Below, piece after piece: positions 1-8,939 of a DNA stretch of 64,000 nt (its first letter is position 1; each line of letters starts with the position of its first letter). A program made the position numbers and the translations under genes. Under the pieces are notes generated by a model. The model was not told the DNA's origin, made no database searches, and was given only the letters and a program-made list of their open reading frames with translations. This DNA comes from Anaerolineae bacterium (GTDB taxonomy: Bacteria; Chloroflexota; Anaerolineae; B4-G1; DUEL01), in assembly GCA_041082215.1 (NCBI GenBank), contig JBDOIF010000118.1:1-64000 (forward strand). Direction: 5' to 3'.

Positions 1-1056
1 TTCCGCGTCCAGTTCCTCCAGTTTGGGCAGAATCTCATCCGGCAGGGGGATGATGCCGCCCATGCGGCCGTAGAAGCGGACGGGGCAGCGGCCCTCCACC
101 GCCAGCCGGACGTCCTCCAGCATCTGCCCGGCGTTCATCTCCACGACCAGCACCCCCCGCACCCGCGCGGCCAGTTCGGCGATGCGGGCCGAGGGGAACG
201 GCCAGACGGTGATGGGGCGCAGGAGGCCCGCCTTCAGCCCCTTCGCCCGCGCCTCCCGCACCACTGTCTGGCAGACCCGGCCGACAGTGCCGAAGGCCAC
301 CAGCAGGAGGTCAGCGTCCTCCGTGGAGTACTCCTTCCAGCGGACCTCGTTGGCGGCAATTTCGCGCAGTTTGGCCTGCAGGCGCAGATTGACTTTCTCC
401 AGTTCCTCCTCCACCAGGTAGAGGGAGGTGATGATGTTGGGCGGGCGGCCCTTCGCGCCGGTGAGCGCCCAGGAGGCCCGCTCCTCCGGCTTGCGGACGG
501 GGCGCATCGGGGGCATCTCGGCCGGCTCCATCATCTGGCCCAGCGAGCCATCAGCGATAATCATGGCGATGGTGCGGTACTTATCGGCCAGGTCGAAGGC
601 CAGCACCACCAGGTCAATGGCCTCCTGAATGTTGCCCGGGGCCAGGACGATGGGGTGGAAATCGCCGTGACCGGCCATCTTCACCGCCTGGAAGTAGTCC
701 CCCTGGGAGGGGGCCACGTTTCCCAGGCCCGGCCCGCCGCGCATAATATTGGCTACCACAACAGGGACCTCGGAACAGGCAATGTACGAAAGCCCCTCCT
801 GCATCAGGCTGATGCCAGGGCTGGAAGAAGAAGTCATCACCCGGGCTCCGGCACAGGCAGCGCCGTAGACCATATTGATGGACGCCACCTCGCTCTCAGC
901 CTGGAGAAAGACACGCCCCAGCTCCGGCAGTCGCTCGGAGAAATGCTCCAGAACCTCGGTCTGGGGTGTGATGGGATAACCGAAAAAGGCCTCCACACCC
1001 GCCCGAATGGCCGCTTCGGCGATCGCTGCATTCCCTTCCCAAAGCTCCTTTGCCAT
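1..1056 (-). CDS. vorB: 2-oxoacid:ferredoxin oxidoreductase alpha subunit (VorB/KorA-like), 3' end runs off window
   Basis: Manual minus-strand translation from ATG at 1056: [34 protein letters not shown]...QAESE...[10 protein letters not shown], the POR N-terminal signature; absent from ORF track because truncated. Confidence 0.9.
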   Translation of the reverse strand, partial: MAKELWEGNAAIAEAAIRAGVEAFFGYPITPQTEVLEHFSERLPELGRVFLQAESEVASINMVYGAACAGARVMTSSSSPGISLMQEGLSYIACSEVPVVVANIMRGGPGLGNVAPSQGDYFQAVKMAGHGDFHPIVLAPGNIQEAIDLVVLAFDLADKYRTIAMIIADGSLGQMMEPAEMPPMRPVRKPEERASWALTGAKGRPPNIITSLYLVEEELEKVNLRLQAKLREIAANEVRWKEYSTEDADLLLVAFGTVGRVCQTVVREARAKGLKAGLLRPITVWPFPSARIAELAARVRGVLVVEMNAGQMLEDVRLAVEGRCPVRFYGRMGGIIPLPDEILPKLEELDAE

Positions 1057-1067
1057 CTTCTTCCCTC

Positions 1068-1316
1068 CTACGTTGTAGCCGGTGCCTGCTTTGGCTCTCG
1101 TTTCCGACGGTAGACAGTGAAAACCACGTCGGGACAGATGGTGGCACACATCGCGCAGCCGGTGCAGGCCTCCGGGTCGGTCACCTCGACAGGACGATAC
1201 CCTTTGGCATTAAACCGTTCCTTCGATAGCTGGAGGATGTGCACAGGACAAACAGAGACACACAACCCGCACCCCTTGCACCGGTCCTCGTTGATCAGCA
1301 CCAATCCTCTTGCCAT
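1068..1316 (-). CDS. 2x[4Fe-4S] ferredoxin-like delta subunit of the oxidoreductase
   Basis: [12 protein letters not shown] and [12 protein letters not shown] motifs; AGGAGGAG RBS before ATG at 1316; adjacent to vorB. Confidence 0.9.
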   Translation of the reverse strand: MARGLVLINEDRCKGCGLCVSVCPVHILQLSKERFNAKGYRPVEVTDPEACTGCAMCATICPDVVFTVYRRKREPKQAPATT

Positions 1317-1417
1317 AGCCCTCCTCCTAGAAACTGCCAATTTCTGCAAACGGGTTCTCCCTAAATATACCTCTTTCCTGCTCAGTTGAAAAGTGAGGAG
1401 TGTCATCTTCGAAACCT

Positions 1418-2215
1418 TCAGACCTCCCCGGAGTGCTTCCTACAGGACAAGCTAAAGCTTGTCCTACAGCGCATCAGAAACATGGGCCGCAGCCGGACGA
1501 AACCCATTCCCTCATAGAGGCGCACTGCTGCGGCGCTGTCCTGAAACACCATCAGAAAGGTCCGCCGGCCCTCCGCTGCGTGCGCCCGCACCAACGCTGC
1601 CACCACTCGCCGGGCGTATCCACGGCGACGATGGGTGGTCCGTGTGGCGACGTTGCCGATCTCCGCTGCGCCCGGCACAACCAGATGGGTGGTCCCCATT
1701 GCCACCAGCAACCGGCCGCCGCTCCCGGCTTCCTCTCCCCACACCCCGAAGGCCGGGCCATGCCGGAAGGGATCCGCCTCCAGCGCCATCAGCCCCGCCT
1801 CCGCCGCCAGCTCCTGCATCTCCCCCAAATGCTCCGGCCCCAAAGGCGATATCTCACCTGGTTCCAGCCTCAGGGGGTCCCCTTCAAAGAGCATCTGCCA
1901 TTCCGGATGGACTGCCTCCACGGTGAAGGCCCGCTCCGCCACCCTGGCCTGCTGCTCGTTCACCAGCAGGTAGAACCCCTCGTCGGGGGCGACCAGACGG
2001 CACGCCAGAGCTGCAAGCACATCCGGGCTATCGCCCCAGAAGGCCAGAGCGGCGAAGGGCAGCCCATCATATCGGGCGACGATGGTCTTCCCGGCATAAG
2101 CAAGCCGGCATGCCCCTCGCAACGCCGTCAGGTCCGCCGCCAGAGTGAAATGGGCCAGCGCCCAGTTGAGGTCCTCCCGCGCTAGGGCTGCGATTCGACT
2201 GACCCCATCGGCCAT
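1418..2215 (-). CDS. GNAT family N-acetyltransferase (FR47-like)
   Basis: EIGNVAT...HRRRGYA acetyl-CoA motif and AVRLYEGMGF C-terminal motif. Confidence 0.85.
   Translation of the reverse strand: MADGVSRIAALAREDLNWALAHFTLAADLTALRGACRLAYAGKTIVARYDGLPFAALAFWGDSPDVLAALACRLVAPDEGFYLLVNEQQARVAERAFTVEAVHPEWQMLFEGDPLRLEPGEISPLGPEHLGEMQELAAEAGLMALEADPFRHGPAFGVWGEEAGSGGRLLVAMGTTHLVVPGAAEIGNVATRTTHRRRGYARRVVAALVRAHAAEGRRTFLMVFQDSAAAVRLYEGMGFVRLRPMFLMRCRTSFSLSCRKHSGEV
1444..1467. repeat. REP-like palindrome (GTAGGACAAGCT-TT-AGCTTGTCCT on minus strand), inside the 3' end of the GNAT gene
   Basis: Perfect 10-bp inverted repeat with 5' GTAG tetranucleotide; same arms recur at 55703-55714 and 55918-55927. 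Confidence 0.7.
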
Positions 2216-2727
2216 TGTAGCTTCCGCTCCACCTCCGCCAGTGTCGTCTCCAGCCGCCTCAGCAGATCGTCCAATCCCAACCGGGCCACCTCCAGGCGGA
2301 CCGGCACCTCTGCGTTCACCGTCACCGCCGTATTCACCTCCACGGTCTGACTGACAGGGACGGTCACCACCAGGTCCAGCGGCACCTCCGTGTTCACCGG
2401 CACGGAGAACTCGTACCGCCCCAGCACTGGAACCTGTATCGGCACCTGCACGACAGTGGAGAAGGGGACCGTTGTATGGATGGGAATGGTGAACTGCTGT
2501 TCCAGCGGCACCCTCGCTCGAATGGGGAGCGTGCCGCTGAAAGGGATGGAGGTCTCAATGGTCTCATTACTCAGCGCGGAGAGGGCCGCACGGACATCCT
2601 GCACCGCTGTCAGTCCGACCTGCCGGGCCCGCAACAACCCGCAGAGGGCGAGGCCGCTGGTGATCAACGAGACGACCGCCAGCAGCAAAGCCAGTCCCAG
2701 CGCGACCGGCCCAACGATACGCTTCAT
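2182..2727 (-). CDS. Hypothetical membrane-anchored protein with periodic Val/Ile-Pro beta-rich repeats
   Basis: N-terminal hydrophobic helix, repeated (V/I)P every 6-8 residues, C-terminal helix; GGAGG RBS. Confidence 0.75.
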   Translation of the reverse strand: MKRIVGPVALGLALLLAVVSLITSGLALCGLLRARQVGLTAVQDVRAALSALSNETIETSIPFSGTLPIRARVPLEQQFTIPIHTTVPFSTVVQVPIQVPVLGRYEFSVPVNTEVPLDLVVTVPVSQTVEVNTAVTVNAEVPVRLEVARLGLDDLLRRLETTLAEVERKLQWPMGSVESQP

Positions 2728-2822
2728 CGCTCACCTCCGGAATGACCTACCACAGAGACACAGAGGACGCAGAGCTTCTTCTGAAATTCCCCCTGCTGGG
2801 GGGAAGGGGTGAATTCCTGTCG

Positions 2823-5081
2823 TCATCCTTCCATAACCAGGGGGATCTGCACCCCTTCCCGCTCGACAATGGGGTCAAGCCCCAGCACCGTCTCAAAGAG
2901 CCTTCGGTCCAGCCGCTCGGTGATGAGCCGCCTCAGATGGCGGAATTTGATGAACTGCCAGCCCTGCTCTTCCGCGACCCGGGCCAATCTGGGGTCACGC
3001 CGGATTTTGTAGGCCAGGAGCTCCGCCCGTCCGCCGGGAAAGACCAGGCAGGGTCGGGCACCGCCAGGCACCGCCGGACCAGCCAGGAGATGCCGTCCCA
3101 CGGCCGCGGTCGGCAGGACCACGAAGACGTAGGCATCCCGCCCCTGCTCCTGCCACCGCACATCCCATCCCCGCCCTGACCGCGTCTGGAACCCCAACCG
3201 GGCGCCAAGCGCCTGAAGCTCCCGGCGCAATGCCTTTATCTCCTCCTCCCGCCAGCTCGCCGCGTCCTCCTCCCGCAGCCGCCACCCCTTCTCCCCGGCC
3301 ACACCGTAGGAGTCAAGACAAAGCAGGACCAGAGAGAGGGAAGGCGTGAGGGAGCCGTGGAATGCAGCGTAGACCGCCAGGGCCAATTCCTCCTTACTCC
3401 ACAAAGGGCGGGAGAGGAAAGCCTGGCAGACCCACTCCTCTACCCGGTCGGCCAGCGGATCGGCAAGCCGCTCCGCCTTCAACGTCGGAAGCCACCACAG
3501 GTCCTGCCCCTCATCCACCTGCTCCAGCCCCATTCCCTCCAACCCCCGCCGGACCCCCTCGACAACGGGGGCGACTGTGGGGGCAGACCACCCCTTCGCG
3601 GCAAGGCCCGCGTAGACGGCAGACTGGAGAAAGGGCCAGGGGGTCGGCTCAGCCCGCTCCCGCAGGCAGGTCTCCGCCAGGGAAGGGGCAAACCCCGCCG
3701 CCTCAGCCGCCACTTCCTCCGGCTCAGGGGCCGTTCCCTGTTCCGTCGGCCCTTCCCTTCTCCACTTCCGAACCTGCCAGACCGTCCGGCATCCGACCTC
3801 CGGACACCCCCCCCACCCTTCCAGCTCATAACCCGCGCCGACCCCCGCCAGAAAGGCCGAGGCGACCATCTCCTCTTCCAGCTCCGGGGTCAGGACAACC
3901 AGGTGGCCTTCGGGTGTCAGGAGGGAAGCGGCAGCGGTCAATGCTGTCCTCAACGCCCGCTGATGCCAGTCCCAATCGAAGCGACGGCGACGAAGGAAGG
4001 GCCGTAAGGCATGGGCGGGGGGAGAATCCCAGAGCCATCCGGACCAGAGGGCACAGAGCGCCCAGAAGACGCCGTCCGGGCGGGGTGGATCGGCCAGGAT
4101 CAGGGAGACGGAGCGCACGGGAAGCAGCCGCCCCACATCTCGTGCGGCACAGGGCACGAGCACATAGGCGGGGGTTCGATCCGCCAGGAGAGCGGAGAGG
4201 TTCGCCGCCCGGCGCACCGGCTCCCCCCTCGCCTGCCCGATGAGGCGATCCAGCCCTTCCTCCAGGAGCAGCCACACGTTTCGCTCCAGAAAGCGGGCGG
4301 GCAGGCGGAGGAGCCGCGGGCGGGTCCGCTCCTCTCCGTAAGGGTCCAGGCTGCTCCCCCGATCGAAGGCCTCCAGCAACAGCCCCTGCATCACTGCCCG
4401 CACCGACCGTTCCAGCTCCATCCCCTCCAGCCGCAGCAGCACATCCACCAGAGCGGACAGGTTGCGCGGAGTATAGAGGGCCACCAGCTCCGCCGCCCGT
4501 TCCCGGGCAGGGTGGCCCAGCGGTGCGACCCGGTTGAGGGCGTAGTGATAAGGCAGGCCCCTCGGTTCGAACCGCCGCCCTCCGGCGATGTCCTCTTCGT
4601 CCGCAGCGCCCTCCTGTGCTTTTGCGCATCGAGGGCAACGGACCCGCTTGGCGTAGGGATACCCGGCCTCCCGGTCCCAGGCAAACCATTCGGCGATCCC
4701 CTCCGCCCCACAGACAGGGCATCGGCTGCGGTAAAGGCCTTCTATATGAAGGTGGAGGGTGGCCGCCCCTTTACGGCTGTCCGCCAGTCGGGTGAAGGCG
4801 GCTTTGAGGACGGTGGGGTCAGGCAGCCCCTCCAGCCCCAGCCCGGCCACCAGCAGGCTGACCGGGTTGATATTGACCCCCACCGCCCGCCGCCCCGCAC
4901 AGACAGCTTCCCGCAGGAAGAGCGGCCCCTGGCAGAAGAGATGGAGCACCACATCGCCGGGCCCGGTCAGCCGGCGGACGTACTCCATTGCCACCCCGAC
5001 CGGCTGGGGCGAGCGATAGCGGGCCAGCACCCCTTCCGGCGGCGTCGGGCGCCCCGGGACAAACCAGACAGGCTGTTCCAA
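2823..5081 (-). CDS. DNA methyltransferase-like protein with zinc ribbon and degenerate catalytic motifs
   Basis: VVLHLFCQG (motif I-like), GVNINP, CPVC...CPRC, LILADPPRPD (DPPY-like); TTG start at 5081 after GGAGGAGAGG. Confidence 0.65.
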   Translation of the reverse strand: MEQPVWFVPGRPTPPEGVLARYRSPQPVGVAMEYVRRLTGPGDVVLHLFCQGPLFLREAVCAGRRAVGVNINPVSLLVAGLGLEGLPDPTVLKAAFTRLADSRKGAATLHLHIEGLYRSRCPVCGAEGIAEWFAWDREAGYPYAKRVRCPRCAKAQEGAADEEDIAGGRRFEPRGLPYHYALNRVAPLGHPARERAAELVALYTPRNLSALVDVLLRLEGMELERSVRAVMQGLLLEAFDRGSSLDPYGEERTRPRLLRLPARFLERNVWLLLEEGLDRLIGQARGEPVRRAANLSALLADRTPAYVLVPCAARDVGRLLPVRSVSLILADPPRPDGVFWALCALWSGWLWDSPPAHALRPFLRRRRFDWDWHQRALRTALTAAASLLTPEGHLVVLTPELEEEMVASAFLAGVGAGYELEGWGGCPEVGCRTVWQVRKWRREGPTEQGTAPEPEEVAAEAAGFAPSLAETCLRERAEPTPWPFLQSAVYAGLAAKGWSAPTVAPVVEGVRRGLEGMGLEQVDEGQDLWWLPTLKAERLADPLADRVEEWVCQAFLSRPLWSKEELALAVYAAFHGSLTPSLSLVLLCLDSYGVAGEKGWRLREEDAASWREEEIKALRRELQALGARLGFQTRSGRGWDVRWQEQGRDAYVFVVLPTAAVGRHLLAGPAVPGGARPCLVFPGGRAELLAYKIRRDPRLARVAEEQGWQFIKFRHLRRLITERLDRRLFETVLGLDPIVEREGVQIPLVMEG

Positions 5082-5161
5082 CGCGCCTCTCCTCCCTGCT
5101 CTCAGTATACCACCTACCTGCAGATGAGCAAAAGTCTTGGAGAAAAACCACACCGTCCCTG

Positions 5162-5376
5162 GGGCGTATTACGGATTAATTTTTCAAAGTTCATCAATTT
5201 CGGGGCGAGCGATCCTCTCGCTCGCCCGTGGATCGCGAATCCCCCGAATGGCCCGAATACAGCGAACAGGAAGGATACCTGCTCCACTCGCGGTATTCGT
5301 TTCCATTCGCGCCATTCCTGTTTCCCCAGGTCCGGCCCGGGCCAGGGACATCCCGCCCCCAAACTGAAACATGCCT
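5162..5376. mobile_element. MITE family 1, copy A (left TIR interrupted by a ~23 bp insert)
   Basis: Homologous to 14390-14581 and 24468-24658; flanked by direct repeat CCGTCCCTG (5153-5161, 5377-5385). Confidence 0.85.
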
Positions 5377-5507
5377 CCGTCCCTGCCTGTGGCACATAGA
5401 GATAAGGCGTGGTAGAATACGGACACATCCGCTATCGCAAAAACTGCGCCCTGAACTGAACCTGAAAACAAACCATGCATCCTCTACGCCTCTGCGGTGA
5501 GGTATCA

Positions 5508-6323
5508 GTGAATACCGACGAGATTCTATCCCAGATCGTCTCAATCGCCCACGAAGCGGGAGCGCTCATCCGCCAGGCATTTCCCCGCACCACCCTGCCC
5601 CACATCGGCCTCAAGGGGGCGGTCAACCCGGTCACCGAGACCGATACGGCTGTGGAGCAGTTGATCCTGGCCCGGCTGCGGACCGCCTTTCCTCAGCATC
5701 GTATCCTGGCCGAGGAGGGAGGCGGGGACGCCTGGCAGGAGCCTGGCCCCCCAATCTGGCTGGTGGACCCGCTGGATGGGACCAACAACTTCGCCCACGG
5801 CTTTCCTCACGTCGGCGTCTCCGCAGCCCTGGTGGCGGACGGGGAGCCGCTGGTAGGGGTGATCTACGACCCGCTGCGAGGGGAGACCTTCGCCGCAGCG
5901 GCCGGAAGGGGAGCGACGCTGAACGGAGAGCCGATCCACGTCACAGGAACAGCACGGCTGGCAGACAGTTTCCTCGCCACCGGCTTCCCCTATGACCGGC
6001 GCACCGCGGCGGACAACAACACGGCGCGACTGGACCATTTCCTGCGCCGTTCGATGGGAGTGCGGCGGGCGGGGGCGGCCTGCCTGGACCTGGCCTATGT
6101 GGCCTGCGGCCGGTTCGACGGCTTCTGGGAGATCCGGCTCAAACCGTGGGATGTGGCGGCGGGGGTGCTGCTGGTGCGGGAGGCGGGAGGACGGGCCACC
6201 GACTTTGCCGGAACCCCCAACTGCCTCTCAGGGGAGGAGATCGTCGCCTCCAACGGCCTCATCCACGAAGAGATGCTGCGGGTCATCCGGGAAGGAGCCG
6301 CTGCCCCCCTGCCCGACGTCTGA
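5508..6323 (+). CDS. suhB: Inositol monophosphatase family protein
   Basis: WLVDPLDGTNNF and WDVAAG motifs; GTG start after GAGG. Confidence 0.92.
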   Translation: MNTDEILSQIVSIAHEAGALIRQAFPRTTLPHIGLKGAVNPVTETDTAVEQLILARLRTAFPQHRILAEEGGGDAWQEPGPPIWLVDPLDGTNNFAHGFPHVGVSAALVADGEPLVGVIYDPLRGETFAAAAGRGATLNGEPIHVTGTARLADSFLATGFPYDRRTAADNNTARLDHFLRRSMGVRRAGAACLDLAYVACGRFDGFWEIRLKPWDVAAGVLLVREAGGRATDFAGTPNCLSGEEIVASNGLIHEEMLRVIREGAAAPLPDV

Positions 6324-6353
6324 CATTTGACGTTTTGACGCCTGACACCCCCA

Positions 6354-7571
6354 TCACTTCTCCATCGCCGCCAGCGCCTCGTAGGCGGGACGAAGATGGG
6401 TCTCCGGCCAGCCCGGCTCGGTGATCGCCCACCAGTACTGCTCATCCTCAGGGGTCCAGAAGGGGTTGGCGATGGAAAGGACGAACATCGGCCCGATCCA
6501 CGGCTGCCAGTGTTCCCGGGCGTAACGGAAGGCCCGCACCAGGTACTCTGCCTTCTGCTCCTCGGTGACAGCGAACCAGGCGTAATCACTGTTGTGGGGA
6601 TCGCTGGTCCACCCCATCTCCAGTATGGCCACCTGCTTGTCGCCGTCGCCGTAGCGGAGCATGATCTCCCGCATATCCTCGACGTGGCGGAAGCAGAAGA
6701 ACCGCTGCCCCCCATAATAGGGGTCGGAGGCTGCCTCTTCGGGGGAAAGCTCCGGCGGGGCGCGGAACCCGGCAGCGTGGACCCCCAGCAGGTCGAAATA
6801 GGGGGATGCGCCGGCCTCGTACATCCCGACCACGTAGTCGGTATCCGGCAGCGCTTCCGGCAGGCCGGTGCCAGTAGGGGCCATGCCGGCAGAGATGACC
6901 AGGGCGCTGGGGTCCGCCTGCTTGATGGCAACATAGCAGGCCCGCAGCAGCTCCACATAGCCGGCCGGGTTCGGCGGATTGCCCCCCCACTCCCGGGCAA
7001 GGTTGGGTTCGTTCCACACCTGGTAGGCCCGCACCCGTCCCCTATAACGGGCCGCCACTGCCCCGCAGAAGTGAGCGAAGTCGTCCGGCCGGATCGGAAA
7101 GGTGGGGTCATCGGAGGGGGAAACCCAATCCGGAAGCGGGAGGCCGTCCAGCCGGAAGAGGACGTTCAGGTTATGCGCCTCCGCCCGCTCGACGATAAAG
7201 TCGGCCTTGGGCCAGTCGAAACGGTCCCTCTGAATCCCCTCCAGGTCCCGCCAGGCGATCTTCTGCTTGACCCAGGTGAACCCCGCCTGCTCGATGAGGG
7301 AGAGGTCCCGCTCGGCGATGTTCCAATCCCACCAGAGGAAAGCCTGCATGCCGTAGTCAGGGGAAGGGAGGCGGGAGCGGGGCCAGGAAGTAGGGGTAGG
7401 AGGGAGCGGAGTGGAGGTAGCCGTCGGCGTGGGCAGGAGCCCCAATTCAGGGCCCTGCCACGCCAGGAGCATAAGCAGCCCCCCTACGACGAAGAGGCCG
7501 ACGATCCAGCCCCAGCGACGACCGCCCCCTCCTTCCCCCATGGCTCCACTGGTCATTGACCCATCGGTCAT
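6354..7571 (-). CDS. Membrane-anchored clan GH-A glycoside hydrolase (GH5/GH39-like)
   Basis: N-terminal TM, Pro/Thr linker, VWNEPN acid/base and ILEMGW nucleophile motifs. Confidence 0.85.
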   Translation of the reverse strand: MTDGSMTSGAMGEGGGGRRWGWIVGLFVVGGLLMLLAWQGPELGLLPTPTATSTPLPPTPTSWPRSRLPSPDYGMQAFLWWDWNIAERDLSLIEQAGFTWVKQKIAWRDLEGIQRDRFDWPKADFIVERAEAHNLNVLFRLDGLPLPDWVSPSDDPTFPIRPDDFAHFCGAVAARYRGRVRAYQVWNEPNLAREWGGNPPNPAGYVELLRACYVAIKQADPSALVISAGMAPTGTGLPEALPDTDYVVGMYEAGASPYFDLLGVHAAGFRAPPELSPEEAASDPYYGGQRFFCFRHVEDMREIMLRYGDGDKQVAILEMGWTSDPHNSDYAWFAVTEEQKAEYLVRAFRYAREHWQPWIGPMFVLSIANPFWTPEDEQYWWAITEPGWPETHLRPAYEALAAMEK

Positions 7572-8872
7572 TGCCCCTGGGGTTTCTCCATTGCTCTGAC
7601 CGCCTCGAAGGCCGGGCGGGCGGCGCCGTTAAAGTCCAGAATGCTGTAGGGAGCGTTGGGGTCGGTGGGGCCGATGCCGTCCTTTTGGGCGAAGTCCAGG
7701 TTCCAGAGGAAGGCCAGCCGCACGAAGCCCCACTCCCGCATCAACCGGTAGGCATACACGATGTAATCTGCCTGCTCCTGTTCGGTGTTATCCTGGGCAA
7801 ATCCGAAGCCCGTCGGGTAGGTCTCCCACCCTTCGGAGGAGGCCCAGCCGAACTCGGTCACGCAGAGGGGCTTGTTACTCCCCGCCGCTGCTACCTGGCT
7901 GTGATACCATTCCAGCGTGCTGCGGAAGGACCAACTGATGTCCGGATTATCCCAGAAGCCGCGGAAGACGGCCGTATCGTCTTCATAGGGCTCGTCGTAG
8001 GCCACGTCGGGGGGGATATTGTAGCCGTTGTGGTGGACCCCCACACAGTCGCAGTAGTTGAGGAGTCCGGCAGCGACCAGCGCCTGGAAGTAATCCCGGT
8101 CGTTCATGTAAATGATGCGGTTGGGATTGGCCGGGTCGGTGGCAGTAGCCCCCACGGGGGATAGCGCCCCACTGATGACGAGAATGTTCGGATCCCGCGC
8201 CTTGATCGTCTGATAAGCCAGCCGGAGCATCTCCACGTACCGGGTCGGGTTCACCCCTTCGGCGTTATCCCACTCCCGGTCCAGGTTCTCCTCGTTCCAG
8301 ACCTCGATGGCGTGGATACGGCCCCGGTACCGGTCCACCAGCCGGCCCAGGAAGTCGGCGAAGACGGCGAGATCGTCGGGGGGGGCTCCCTCCGGGTTGG
8401 CGTCCCTGTAGGAGCGGGCCCAATCGGGCGCGTCCACCACGCTGAGCATCACCCGCAGGCCGCGCCGGTTGGCGGCGTCTATCAGCGCATCGTATCCGCT
8501 CCAGTCCATCTCCCCCGGCGCCCGCTCGAAGTGGGCCCAGCGGACCTGCTGCTTGACCCATCCCAGACCGAGGCTCTCCACCTGCCCCATCGTATACTCG
8601 GGGTCGCCGACGACGCCGTGGGTCTGGATACCGTAGCCAAAGGTCTCCACCGGCTGAACGTTCGGCGGTTGAGTCGCTAGCGTTTCAATGGGAAGCGGGG
8701 TCAACCCGCCCGTTTCCGTAGCCGTGGGGGTGACCTCTTCTGCCGAAGGGGTGAGGAAGCCCCACCAGAGGCAGAGGAGGCCCAGCAGCAGCGTCAGCAC
8801 CCACACACCGACGGCGACAGCCAGCCGTCGCCCGCTGAGTTGATCGGGGTCCAAAAAGAATCCTCCAGACAC
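7568..8872 (-). CDS. Membrane-anchored clan GH-A glycoside hydrolase (GH5/GH39-like)
   Basis: GTG start at 8872 after GGGAGG; TM, Thr/Pro linker, VWNEEN and VTEFGW motifs. Confidence 0.85.
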   Translation of the reverse strand: MSGGFFLDPDQLSGRRLAVAVGVWVLTLLLGLLCLWWGFLTPSAEEVTPTATETGGLTPLPIETLATQPPNVQPVETFGYGIQTHGVVGDPEYTMGQVESLGLGWVKQQVRWAHFERAPGEMDWSGYDALIDAANRRGLRVMLSVVDAPDWARSYRDANPEGAPPDDLAVFADFLGRLVDRYRGRIHAIEVWNEENLDREWDNAEGVNPTRYVEMLRLAYQTIKARDPNILVISGALSPVGATATDPANPNRIIYMNDRDYFQALVAAGLLNYCDCVGVHHNGYNIPPDVAYDEPYEDDTAVFRGFWDNPDISWSFRSTLEWYHSQVAAAGSNKPLCVTEFGWASSEGWETYPTGFGFAQDNTEQEQADYIVYAYRLMREWGFVRLAFLWNLDFAQKDGIGPTDPNAPYSILDFNGAARPAFEAVRAMEKPQGQ

Positions 8873-8939
8873 GTTGACCTCCCTATCCAGCAGGGGCGCA
8901 GGAGGGGCAACACCCCACCAGCGCGCCGTCCAGCATCCG

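Noticed and set aside
2823..5081. Active restriction-modification or BREX/DISARM system
   Set aside because: Catalytic motifs are degenerate and no partner defence genes are adjacent
5114..5544. Small similar ORFs at 5.1-5.5, 14.3-14.6 and 24.3-24.7 kb as a toxin or peptide family
   Set aside because: They are translations of the MITE-1 copies; starts, stops and frames are not conserved
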